Below, piece by piece: positions 25,936 to 33,669 of a stretch of 64,000 nt of DNA. The stretch is from Bryobacteraceae bacterium (GTDB lineage: Bacteria; Acidobacteriota; Terriglobia; Bryobacterales; Bryobacteraceae). Location: assembly GCA_052144455.1 (NCBI GenBank), contig JBKQQG010000101.1:14717-78716 (forward strand). Direction: 5' to 3'. The stretch's first letter is position 1; every line of letters begins with the position of its first letter. The notes below the pieces were generated by a model. The model was given only the letters and a program-made list of their open reading frames with translations, had not been told where the DNA came from and searched no databases. The translations under genes were made by a program, and so were the position numbers.

Positions 25936-26904
25936 ATGACTAATCGACTCACTCGTCTCCTGAAGTTCTCAATTTGCGCCGTGCTGCTTGCCGGTACGGC
26001 TCTGGCCGCCGATGCGGATTCGCTCGGCCTGATCCCTTCCAACACCGGCGTCGTGATTGGCATCAACCTCGAGCAGATCCGGGCCAGCAACTTTGGACAG
26101 ATGATGTTCGGGCAAATCGAGGCCCAGGCCAAGGCAAACAACGATCCGACTGCCGCCATGGCGATCGAGTTCGTGCACGGCATCCGCGAAATCCTCGTCG
26201 CCGCGCCATCCGGCGGTCAACAGGGCCGCGGCCTGCTCCTGGTAACCGGGAAGTTCGACACCGCCCCGCTGGTGGGCATCGCGAAGATGGTCGGCCTGAC
26301 GGAATCCACCGTTCAGGGCGTCACTGTGTACACCAAGGAGCAAGACCAGCCGTTCTCCGTGGCCCTGGCCGACCCCGCGCTGATCATCGCGGGCGATTTG
26401 CCCAGCGTGAAGGCCGCCCTAGCCAGCCGGGCGGGGGCTGGAAGCGGCCTGGACCCTGCCGTGGCGGCAAAGCTCCGCGCGGTGCGCGCCAGCCACCACT
26501 TCTGGCTCCTGACCACGGCTCCACTCTCCGACCTCGCCAAGAACGCGCCGCAAGGGGCATTCGGCGGAGCGCTCCAGGGCGATGCGGTCAAGTCCATCCA
26601 ACAGATCAGCGGCGGCTTCACCTTTGGGCCCAAACTGCTGGTCGCCTTCGAGGTGGTCACCCTTACCGAAAAGGACGCCACCGGCATGGCCGAGGGTCTT
26701 AAGATGCTCATCGGCCTGGCGACTTCAGGCGACAGCGCCAAGCAGTTCGCGCCCCTCCTCCAGACCCTGGACCTGAGGGCCGACGGCAACATTATGAAAC
26801 TGTCGCTGGCGATCCCCGAGGAAGACCTGATCAAGCTGGTTCAGTCCGGCATGCAGGGGAATAAAGCGCCGGCCGCGCCGGCCGCGCCGCCCAAGTCCCA
26901 GTAG
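25936..26904 (+). CDS. Secreted protein of unknown function, tandem paralog A
   Basis: Signal peptide (FSICAVLLAGTALAADADSLGLIP). It is collinear in similarity with 26906..27928 (e.g. LIIAGDLPSVKAAL / LIIAGDPQTVRDSL; HFWLLTTAPLSDL / DFSLLTTAPLSNL; ISGGFTFGPKLLVAFE / IRGGITFGPKALIAFE). Confidence 0.65.
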   Translation: MTNRLTRLLKFSICAVLLAGTALAADADSLGLIPSNTGVVIGINLEQIRASNFGQMMFGQIEAQAKANNDPTAAMAIEFVHGIREILVAAPSGGQQGRGLLLVTGKFDTAPLVGIAKMVGLTESTVQGVTVYTKEQDQPFSVALADPALIIAGDLPSVKAALASRAGAGSGLDPAVAAKLRAVRASHHFWLLTTAPLSDLAKNAPQGAFGGALQGDAVKSIQQISGGFTFGPKLLVAFEVVTLTEKDATGMAEGLKMLIGLATSGDSAKQFAPLLQTLDLRADGNIMKLSLAIPEEDLIKLVQSGMQGNKAPAAPAAPPKSQ

Positions 26905-26905
26905 C

Positions 26906-27928
26906 ATGACCAGCCGGGTGGCTCGATTCCTGGCGTACTCTCTGTGTGCCGGGCTGCTCGCGGGTACGGCCCCCGCCGCCGATCCGGAGTGGCTCGGCCT
27001 CGTTCCCGCCAGCGACACCGTCGCTGGCCTCAACGTCGAAAGGCTGAGACCCACCAAGTTTGGCCAGACGGTTTTTTCGAAGTTAGAGGAGTGGGCCAAG
27101 CAGTCGGACGACGTCACGGGTCGCGCGGAGATCGAGATGCTCCAAGAGGTCCGAGAGATCCTCCTCGCCGACCCGGTTCCCGCGCAAGGCGGCCGCTCCT
27201 TTATCCTGCTGATCGGGTCTTTCAAACTGGCCGATCTTCAGACCATCGCCCGTACCTACGGCATGTCCAACGGCACTGTCCGAGACGTTCCTGTATTCTC
27301 CGACGGGACAGGCCTCGCGGTGACCCTGGCCGACAGCTCGCTGATCATCGCCGGAGATCCGCAGACCGTTCGGGACAGCCTCGCGCGGCACGCACCGGCG
27401 AAGCGCCTCGATGCAGCTATGGCCGCTAGGGTTCAGGCGCTGCGCTCAAGCCACGATTTCTCGCTGCTCACCACCGCCCCTCTGTCCAACCTGCCGCCCG
27501 GACCTCCCGGATCCCTCTCGGGCCAACTGCTCCATGGCGGCATGCTAAAGAGCGTCCGCGAGATCCGCGGCGGCATCACCTTTGGGCCCAAAGCGCTCAT
27601 CGCTTTTGAGATCGACGTCCGCGATGGGCAGGACGCCACCGCCCTTGCGAATGCCCTCCGGACGGTACGCCTCGGCCCTGTGATAACCGGCCTGAATCCG
27701 GAGCGGATCCCTCCGCTCTTTCCGGACCTCGAGCTGAGAGCCGAGGGCGACACCGTGAAGATCGGGCTGGCGCTCACGGAGGAGGAGCTAGTGAATGCGT
27801 TTCTGAGTATCGTTGGACCCAGGCGGGCGCCGGCCAACTCCATCGTGGTGATCCAAACGGCGCCCGCGGATTCCGGCTCTGCGCCGTCCTCGGGCGACAC
27901 CGGCGTGGTCACCTTACCGGGGCCGTGA
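26906..27928 (+). CDS. Secreted protein of unknown function, tandem paralog B
   Basis: It starts 1 nt after the stop of paralog A and has the same architecture, with a Ser/Pro-rich C-terminal tail. Confidence 0.65.
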   Translation: MTSRVARFLAYSLCAGLLAGTAPAADPEWLGLVPASDTVAGLNVERLRPTKFGQTVFSKLEEWAKQSDDVTGRAEIEMLQEVREILLADPVPAQGGRSFILLIGSFKLADLQTIARTYGMSNGTVRDVPVFSDGTGLAVTLADSSLIIAGDPQTVRDSLARHAPAKRLDAAMAARVQALRSSHDFSLLTTAPLSNLPPGPPGSLSGQLLHGGMLKSVREIRGGITFGPKALIAFEIDVRDGQDATALANALRTVRLGPVITGLNPERIPPLFPDLELRAEGDTVKIGLALTEEELVNAFLSIVGPRRAPANSIVVIQTAPADSGSAPSSGDTGVVTLPGP

Positions 27929-28049
27929 GTAAAGCCGGGACCGGCGCTTTTCGGCCCTTCTGAGCACCATGTGCTCGAAGAACCGGAGGACCCTGGCCGC
28001 CCCGGGCCGTTCCCTCCGCGAGCCGGCCTTGAGAATCTGCGCAGTTCGC

Positions 28050-29171
28050 TCAGCTTTCCAAAGCAGGCGCGGCCACCCGCGAGATGGCGCGCACCAGTTT
28101 GCGGTAGGGGACGCGGTCCAGAGCGTCGAAGGGGAGCCACTCGCCGTCGCGCCAGCTCGAGTAGTACCAGCGCGCCAGCAGCGCCAGGTGCTCCTGCCGC
28201 TCGCGCGCGGGCAGCTTCCGCGGAGCCAGCCCGGCCACCACCTCGCGCAGCCGGTGATCGAGCGAAACCGTCTTGCCCTCGACCGCCTCGAACCCGAAAC
28301 GCAGAGGCGCTTGCCAGCCACCGCCCAGCACGAACCAGAGTTCGACCGCGCCCGCCGCCACCGACGCCGTCACCGCCACCCCGCACAGGCTCCCGGCCTC
28401 CCACACCAGATCGTCGCGCAGGCGCAGGACCTGCTGAACCTTTTCGAACTGCTTGTGCTGCCGCGCCGCAGCCTCGAAATCCAGTTCCTCGCTCAAGCGG
28501 TCGCGCGAAGCCGCCAGGGGCTCTTCCAGCGAGCGCCCTTCGCTCTCCAGAAATCGCACCAGCCGCTGGACCTCGCTCGCGTACTCGCCGGCGCTCACCG
28601 CTTGCTGGCACGGCCTCAGGCACAGGTTCATCTCCCCGTAGATGCAGCCGGGATGTTCGGGCCTGGGGTCCAGGTCCTCCTGGCAGCGCCGCACCTGGAA
28701 CAGATCCAGCGCCTGGCTCGCGAACTGCTCGGCGGAGGCCCGCGTGCGAAACGGGCCGAAATACAGCGATCGCCCGCCGCCCAGCCGCGCCGTCACCTGG
28801 GTGCGCGGGAACGGATTCGACAGGATGACCTTGAAGTAGTGCGGCGGCCGCAGCATCAGCAGCTTCGGATAGGTCTCCGGAAAATGCCGCACCGCCAGCT
28901 CGTAGAACAGCAGGCTGCTCTCCAGGCGCGAGCCGGTCAGCCAGTATTCCACCTGCCGGGCCACCGCGCGCAGATTCAGAAACTTCGATGGCGCGCCGCG
29001 CTCTCCCAGTAGCCGCTTCAACCGGCGCCGCAGCACGTTCGTCCGCGCCAGGTACGGCGCCCCCTCCCGCAGCCACACCAGCAGCACCGCCGGGCGCTCC
29101 AGAACGCTCTCCAGCGTCGCGTCCAGGTTTACCGTCGAGATTTCCAGCTTGGTCGAGTCCCCGGCGATCAT
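28050..29171 (-). CDS. UvrC-N-terminal-half homolog (UvrC/Cho-like; Cys-rich region plus UVR domain, without the C-terminal endonuclease/HhH half)
   Basis: YFGPFRTRASAEQFASQALDLFQVRRC...GCIYGEMNLCLRPCQQAVSAGEYASEVQRLVRFLE...LDFEAAARQHKQFEKVQ matches the UvrC region after GIY-YIG plus the UVR motif. The start is taken at MIAGD (29171), because upstream codons of ORF 28050..30338 are rich in rare A/T-ending codons. Confidence 0.6.
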   Translation of the reverse strand: MIAGDSTKLEISTVNLDATLESVLERPAVLLVWLREGAPYLARTNVLRRRLKRLLGERGAPSKFLNLRAVARQVEYWLTGSRLESSLLFYELAVRHFPETYPKLLMLRPPHYFKVILSNPFPRTQVTARLGGGRSLYFGPFRTRASAEQFASQALDLFQVRRCQEDLDPRPEHPGCIYGEMNLCLRPCQQAVSAGEYASEVQRLVRFLESEGRSLEEPLAASRDRLSEELDFEAAARQHKQFEKVQQVLRLRDDLVWEAGSLCGVAVTASVAAGAVELWFVLGGGWQAPLRFGFEAVEGKTVSLDHRLREVVAGLAPRKLPARERQEHLALLARWYYSSWRDGEWLPFDALDRVPYRKLVRAISRVAAPALES

Positions 29172-29256
29172 CTCTAGAGAATTGTAGCCGATCCCCGTCT
29201 CCGGGCCGCCTCCGATTCCGGCCTCCAGCCCGCCTCCGATTCCGCGTTTTGGGGGC

Positions 29257-29284
29257 TTGACAAGCCCACCGGCTCGAATAAAAT
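29257..29284 (+). promoter_or_regulatory. Near-consensus sigma70 promoter TTGACA-N16-TAAAAT
   Basis: -35 TTGACA at 29257..29262 and -10 TAAAAT at 29279..29284. It sits in a 375-bp lower-GC intergenic region and faces the TPR gene about 255 nt downstream. Confidence 0.5.
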
Positions 29285-29546
29285 GGGGATACCTGCCGTC
29301 TTTATGGAACCCTTGTGCCAGCACTCGCGAACCGAGGTTATCGCGCGCCGCGACGGTGTCGATTATCTCCGCTGTCTGGATTGCCACCAGATTCTCGAGG
29401 ACGAGGATGTCGAACCAGTCCCCGCCCCCGACGACGAGGAACAGGGCGACTGACCCCCCCGCGCGGGGTCGCGGGCTCCCCCTCGCTTGCAAAACGCCGG
29501 CGTATCTGCTAGAAATCTCTGGAAGCCTGTTTCTCGTTCCGTTGAC

Positions 29547-30167
29547 ATGGCTATGATCTCGCGGCACAAGCCGGCGCCCGTGAAGAAGGCGGCGGATCGC
29601 TCCGCCCCGCCGCAGCCGCCAGGCGAGCCGGCTTCCGCGACGCGCGCCAGTGTGGACCTGCCGCCACCGATCCAGGACGCCAAAACCCAATCCGCCGTAT
29701 TCGATCAGGCCATCCGCCTCTTCCACGGCGCCAGTTACGCCGCCGCTGCCCGCCTGTTCGAGCACGCCGCCACCGGCCCCGTGCGCGAGGTGGCGCACTC
29801 GGCGCGCCTTCATAGGAACATGTGCTGGCGGCGGCTGGCCCGTCCCGACATGTCGGTGCGCACCCCCGATGAGCATTACGATTACGCCATCGCGCTGATC
29901 AACGAACGGCGGCTCGAGCAGGCCGAGCGGCACCTGCTTCTGGCCATCGCCCAGACCCCCAAGGCCACCGACCACCTGTTCTATGCCTTGGCCCTCTGCC
30001 GCGGCTTGGCCGGCGACCTGCAGAGCGCCTGCGTCAATCTCCGGCGCGCCATCGAGCTTCACCCGCGCAATCGTGCCGCCGCCCGGAACGACCCGGACTT
30101 CGCCGAAATCGGCAAGCTTTCCCCGCTCGCCGAACTCCTGTACCCTGAAAGAACGGACTCCGTTTAG
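29547..30167 (+). CDS. TPR-like repeat protein
   Basis: Pro-rich N-terminus, then helical repeats (AIRLFHGASYAAAARLFEHA; YDYAIALINERRLEQAERHLLLAI; LFYALALCRGLAGDLQSACVNLRRAIELHP). The start at 29547 or 29487 is not resolved. Confidence 0.5.
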   Translation: MAMISRHKPAPVKKAADRSAPPQPPGEPASATRASVDLPPPIQDAKTQSAVFDQAIRLFHGASYAAAARLFEHAATGPVREVAHSARLHRNMCWRRLARPDMSVRTPDEHYDYAIALINERRLEQAERHLLLAIAQTPKATDHLFYALALCRGLAGDLQSACVNLRRAIELHPRNRAAARNDPDFAEIGKLSPLAELLYPERTDSV

Positions 30168-30196
30168 CCCCTGCCGGCTGATTCCGGGGACACACG

Positions 30197-31294
30197 ATGA
30201 CCGCCGAAACCGCTCCCGAAACCTCCGCCGCGAACCGGCCCGAGGGGCCGCTCCGCATCGTCGCCATCGGCGGAGGCACCGGGCTTTCCACGCTTTTGCA
30301 GGGCTTGAAGCCTTTCGCCCGTCCGCGCGGCGGCCCAAGCCTGGCGCCCTTGCCCAGCCCCACGATCGACATCACCGCCGTAGTCACTGTCACCGACGAC
30401 GGCGGAAGCTCCGGCCGCCTCCGCCGCGACTTCAAGGTCTTGCCGCCGGGCGACATTCGCAACTGCCTGGTGGCGCTCTCCGAGGACGAGACCCTGCTCT
30501 CCCAGCTCTTCCAGTACCGTTTCTCCGGCGGCCGCGGCCTGAAGGGCCACAGTTTCGGAAACCTCTTCCTGGCCGCGCTCTCCAACGTGACCGGCGATTT
30601 CCCGCAAGCCGTCAAGGTCTCCGCGGAAGTGCTGGCCATTGCCGGCCGCATTTACCCTTCCACCGCGGCCAATGTGGCTCTGGAGGCGCAGCTCGAAGAC
30701 GGCCGCACCGTGCTGGGCGAGACGCGCATCAGCCGCAGCCGTTCCCGCATCCGCTCGATTTCTCTCAGCCGCAAATGCAGTCCGCTCGAGGAAACCCTGG
30801 CCGCCATCGCCGCCGCCGATCTCATCACCCTCGGCCCGGGCTCCCTGTATACCAGCCTGGTCCCCAATTTGCTCGTCGACGGAATCCCGCGGGCCATCGC
30901 GGATTCCCCGGCCGTGAAGGCCTGCTTCGTCAACCTGATGTGGCAGCCGGGCGAAACCATTGGCTTTACGGCGGCCGATCACATCGCCGTTATCGAAGCG
31001 CACGCGGGCCTCAGGCTGCTGGACTACGCCATCCTCAACACCCTCCCGATCAGCCCGGCTCTGTTGCGGAAATACGCCCGGCAGAAAGCCCTCCCGGTGG
31101 AAAACGACTTCGACCGGCTGGTTGAGATGGGCCTGAAAGTCGTGGGCCGCCGCCTGCTCCAGCAGAGCGAGAAAGTGCGCCACGATCCCCCAGCCATCGC
31201 CGCGGTGGCCCTGGAACTGGCCGCCGAGGGCAGGCGCCGCGCCATCACCTCCGGCCCATCCTGCCGCCCGCGGGCCGTCTGCGAGACCCCTTAG
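30197..31294 (+). CDS. yvcK: YvcK / CofD-family gluconeogenesis factor (UPF0052)
   Basis: LRIVAIGGGTGLSTLLQGLK, VTVTDDGGSSGRLRR, PGDIRNCLVAL and ITLGPGSLYTSLVPNLLV are YvcK signatures. Confidence 0.85.
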   Translation: MTAETAPETSAANRPEGPLRIVAIGGGTGLSTLLQGLKPFARPRGGPSLAPLPSPTIDITAVVTVTDDGGSSGRLRRDFKVLPPGDIRNCLVALSEDETLLSQLFQYRFSGGRGLKGHSFGNLFLAALSNVTGDFPQAVKVSAEVLAIAGRIYPSTAANVALEAQLEDGRTVLGETRISRSRSRIRSISLSRKCSPLEETLAAIAAADLITLGPGSLYTSLVPNLLVDGIPRAIADSPAVKACFVNLMWQPGETIGFTAADHIAVIEAHAGLRLLDYAILNTLPISPALLRKYARQKALPVENDFDRLVEMGLKVVGRRLLQQSEKVRHDPPAIAAVALELAAEGRRRAITSGPSCRPRAVCETP

Positions 31295-31300
31295 AACAAC

Positions 31301-32722
31301 ATGCCACCTCCGATCACCGTCGTCATTCTGGCCGCGGGCCTCGGCACCCGCATGAAATCCAAGAAAGCCAAGGTGCTTCACCACGCCGGCGGCGTTCCGA
31401 TCATCGAACATGTCGTCGCCACCGCGCTGGCCGTGGCGCCGCCGGATCGCATTTTCGTGGTGGTGGGACGCCAGGCCGCCGACGTCGAGGCCGCCCTCTC
31501 CGGCTACGGCGTCCGGTTTGTCCAGCAGCCCGAGCAAAGAGGAACCGCGGACGCGCTGCTGGCCTGCCGCGAGGCGCTCGCCGGCTGCCACGGGCCTCTG
31601 CTGGTCCTCTATGGGGACTGCCCATTGTTCACCGTCGGGTCCCTCTGCCAGTTGGTCGAAACCCAGAAGCGCGGCGATGCCGCGGCCACGGTCGTCACCA
31701 CGTTGCTCGAGGACCCCACCGGCTATGGCCGCGTCCTGCGCGACGAAAGTGGCATGGTGCGCGCCATCGTCGAACACAAGGACGCTACTCCCGATCAGCT
31801 CGCCGTGCGCGAAATCAACTCCGGCATCTACTGCTTCCCCAGCGACCTGCTCTGGAACCACCTCGCCGAGATCCAGCCCAACAATGCCGCCCGCGAATGG
31901 TACCTTACCGATATCGTCGCCATCTTCCGCCGCGCCGGCCGCCTCATGCAGCCGCTGCTGCTGGCCGACTCGCTGGAGGTGCTGGGCATCAACACGCGCG
32001 CCGATCTGGCCCTGGCCGACCGCGTCCTCCGCGAGCGCAAAGCGCGCCAGTTGATGCTGGATGGCGTCACCATCGAGAAGCCGGAGACGGTCACCATCGA
32101 CGCCGGCGTCATGGTCGGGGCCGATAGCGTCATTGGCCCCTTCGCGCAGCTTCTGGGCCGCACCGCTATCGGCGAGGACTGCTCCATCGGCGCCTGCTCG
32201 ATCATCCGGGATTCCCAACTGGCGGCGGGCGTCGTCGTGGCGCCCTTCACTATGGTGGACTCCTGCCAGCTCGAGAACGGCGTTCGGGTCGGCCCCTACG
32301 CGCGCCTGCGCATGGGCGCCTACCTCGAGAGCGGAGCGGTGGTCGGCAATTTCGTCGAGGTCAAGAAATCGCGGCTCGGCGCGAAGACCAAGTCCCAGCA
32401 CCTCGCCTACCTAGGCGACTCGACCATCGGGCAGGGCGTCAACGTAGGAGCGGGCACCATCACCTGCAATTACGACGGCGAACGCAAGCACCCCACCACC
32501 ATCGGCGATGGCGCCTTCATCGGAAGCAACTCCACGCTCGTCGCCCCGGTCGAGATTGGGGCGGGCAGCTACGTCGCCGCCGGCTCCGTGATCACCGACC
32601 AGGTTCCGCCCGGCGCGCTAGCCCTGGGCCGCGCCCGCCAGGTAGTCAAAGAGGATTGGGCCAAGAAGCGCAAAGCCCGGAAAAGCGGGGAAGCCCCGGC
32701 TCACAACACCACAATCGGGTGA
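31301..32722 (+). CDS. glmU: Bifunctional UDP-N-acetylglucosamine diphosphorylase / glucosamine-1-phosphate N-acetyltransferase
   Basis: VILAAGLGTRMKS..KVLH, YGDCPL, a left-handed beta-helix hexapeptide C-terminal half and NYDGERKH.T.IGDGAFIGSN. Confidence 0.9.
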   Translation: MPPPITVVILAAGLGTRMKSKKAKVLHHAGGVPIIEHVVATALAVAPPDRIFVVVGRQAADVEAALSGYGVRFVQQPEQRGTADALLACREALAGCHGPLLVLYGDCPLFTVGSLCQLVETQKRGDAAATVVTTLLEDPTGYGRVLRDESGMVRAIVEHKDATPDQLAVREINSGIYCFPSDLLWNHLAEIQPNNAAREWYLTDIVAIFRRAGRLMQPLLLADSLEVLGINTRADLALADRVLRERKARQLMLDGVTIEKPETVTIDAGVMVGADSVIGPFAQLLGRTAIGEDCSIGACSIIRDSQLAAGVVVAPFTMVDSCQLENGVRVGPYARLRMGAYLESGAVVGNFVEVKKSRLGAKTKSQHLAYLGDSTIGQGVNVGAGTITCNYDGERKHPTTIGDGAFIGSNSTLVAPVEIGAGSYVAAGSVITDQVPPGALALGRARQVVKEDWAKKRKARKSGEAPAHNTTIG

Positions 32723-33582
32723 TACAGATTGGGCAGCTTGGCTTCGCCGACGGCCACCAATCGGCCTTCCGGCGAGATCGCTTTCACATACCGCGAACCC
32801 GGCCGCACGCGGAACGGAGAGACGCGGAAATCCCGGCCCTGCCGGATGAACCCGGCCGTGGTCAGGTCCACGATTTCCGATGGGAACTCGGGCAACAGGC
32901 TGGCCGCCGGAATGAGCGCCTCCTCCAGCCGGCCCTCGCCGGCCAGGCTGTCCAGCTCCGCCATGGTGCGCGCCTGCTCGAGCGTGAAGTCGCCCGAACG
33001 CGTGCGCACCAGCGTCTTCACATACGCGCCGCAGCCCACCAAGGCGCCCAAATCGTGCGCTAGCGAGCGCAAGTACGTTCCCGCCGAGCAGCTCACCACG
33101 ATTCGCGCTTCCGCGCCGCCGCACTCCATCAGCTCCAGCGAATGCACGGTCACCTCCACCGGCGCCAGTTCCACCGCGATGTTCCTGCGCGTCAGCCGGT
33201 AGGCGGGCGTGCCACCCACTTTCTTGGCCGAGATGGGCGGAGGCGTCTGCCGAATCGGTCCGCGAAACCGTTCCAACAGCGGTTCCAGTTGCTCGCGGGT
33301 TATGCTGGGCTCGGTGACCGGCGATGTCGGCGTCCCCTGCCGGTCGTAGGTGTCGGTCGCGTTTCCGAAGCGGATCACCGCGTCGTAGGTCTTGTCGTTC
33401 CGTGTGTAGAACTGCGCCAGGCGTGTGGCCCCTTCGATCACCAGGGGCAGCACCCCGGTCGCCAGCGGGTCCAGCGTGCCCAGGTGCCCCACTCGGCGCG
33501 TTCCCGCCAGACGGCGCAGCTTGTTGACCGCGTCGTGAGAGGTCCACCCTTCCGGCTTGTTGACGACGATGATTCCGACCAT
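32701..33582 (-). CDS. truB: tRNA pseudouridine(55) synthase
   Basis: GIIVVNKPEGWTSHD.V.KLRR......VGHLGTLDPLATGVLPL is the TruB catalytic motif. There is a 22-nt convergent overlap with glmU. Confidence 0.9.
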   Translation of the reverse strand: MVGIIVVNKPEGWTSHDAVNKLRRLAGTRRVGHLGTLDPLATGVLPLVIEGATRLAQFYTRNDKTYDAVIRFGNATDTYDRQGTPTSPVTEPSITREQLEPLLERFRGPIRQTPPPISAKKVGGTPAYRLTRRNIAVELAPVEVTVHSLELMECGGAEARIVVSCSAGTYLRSLAHDLGALVGCGAYVKTLVRTRSGDFTLEQARTMAELDSLAGEGRLEEALIPAASLLPEFPSEIVDLTTAGFIRQGRDFRVSPFRVRPGSRYVKAISPEGRLVAVGEAKLPNLYHPIVVL

Positions 33583-33669
33583 TCCCTATCCCCGACAACC
33601 CGCGGGCAAGCTGACACAGGCCCCCTGCAAGCCCTCAACCCGATGACTTGCTATGCCCGCCGACAGGGG

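Noticed and set aside
23871-26183. 770-aa minus-strand ORF spanning the GH8 3' end, hutH and the start of the paralog gene
   Set aside because: It is an off-frame shadow of hutH (24389..25870, which has the ASG MIO motif). The translation is Gly/Arg/Ala low complexity.
29172-30338. N-terminal 389 aa of the 762-aa ORF 28050..30338
   Set aside because: Upstream of MIAGD (29171), the frame first uses many rare A/T-ending codons across the intergenic region. It then runs antisense to the TPR gene. Only the UvrC-like part (28050..29171) was kept.
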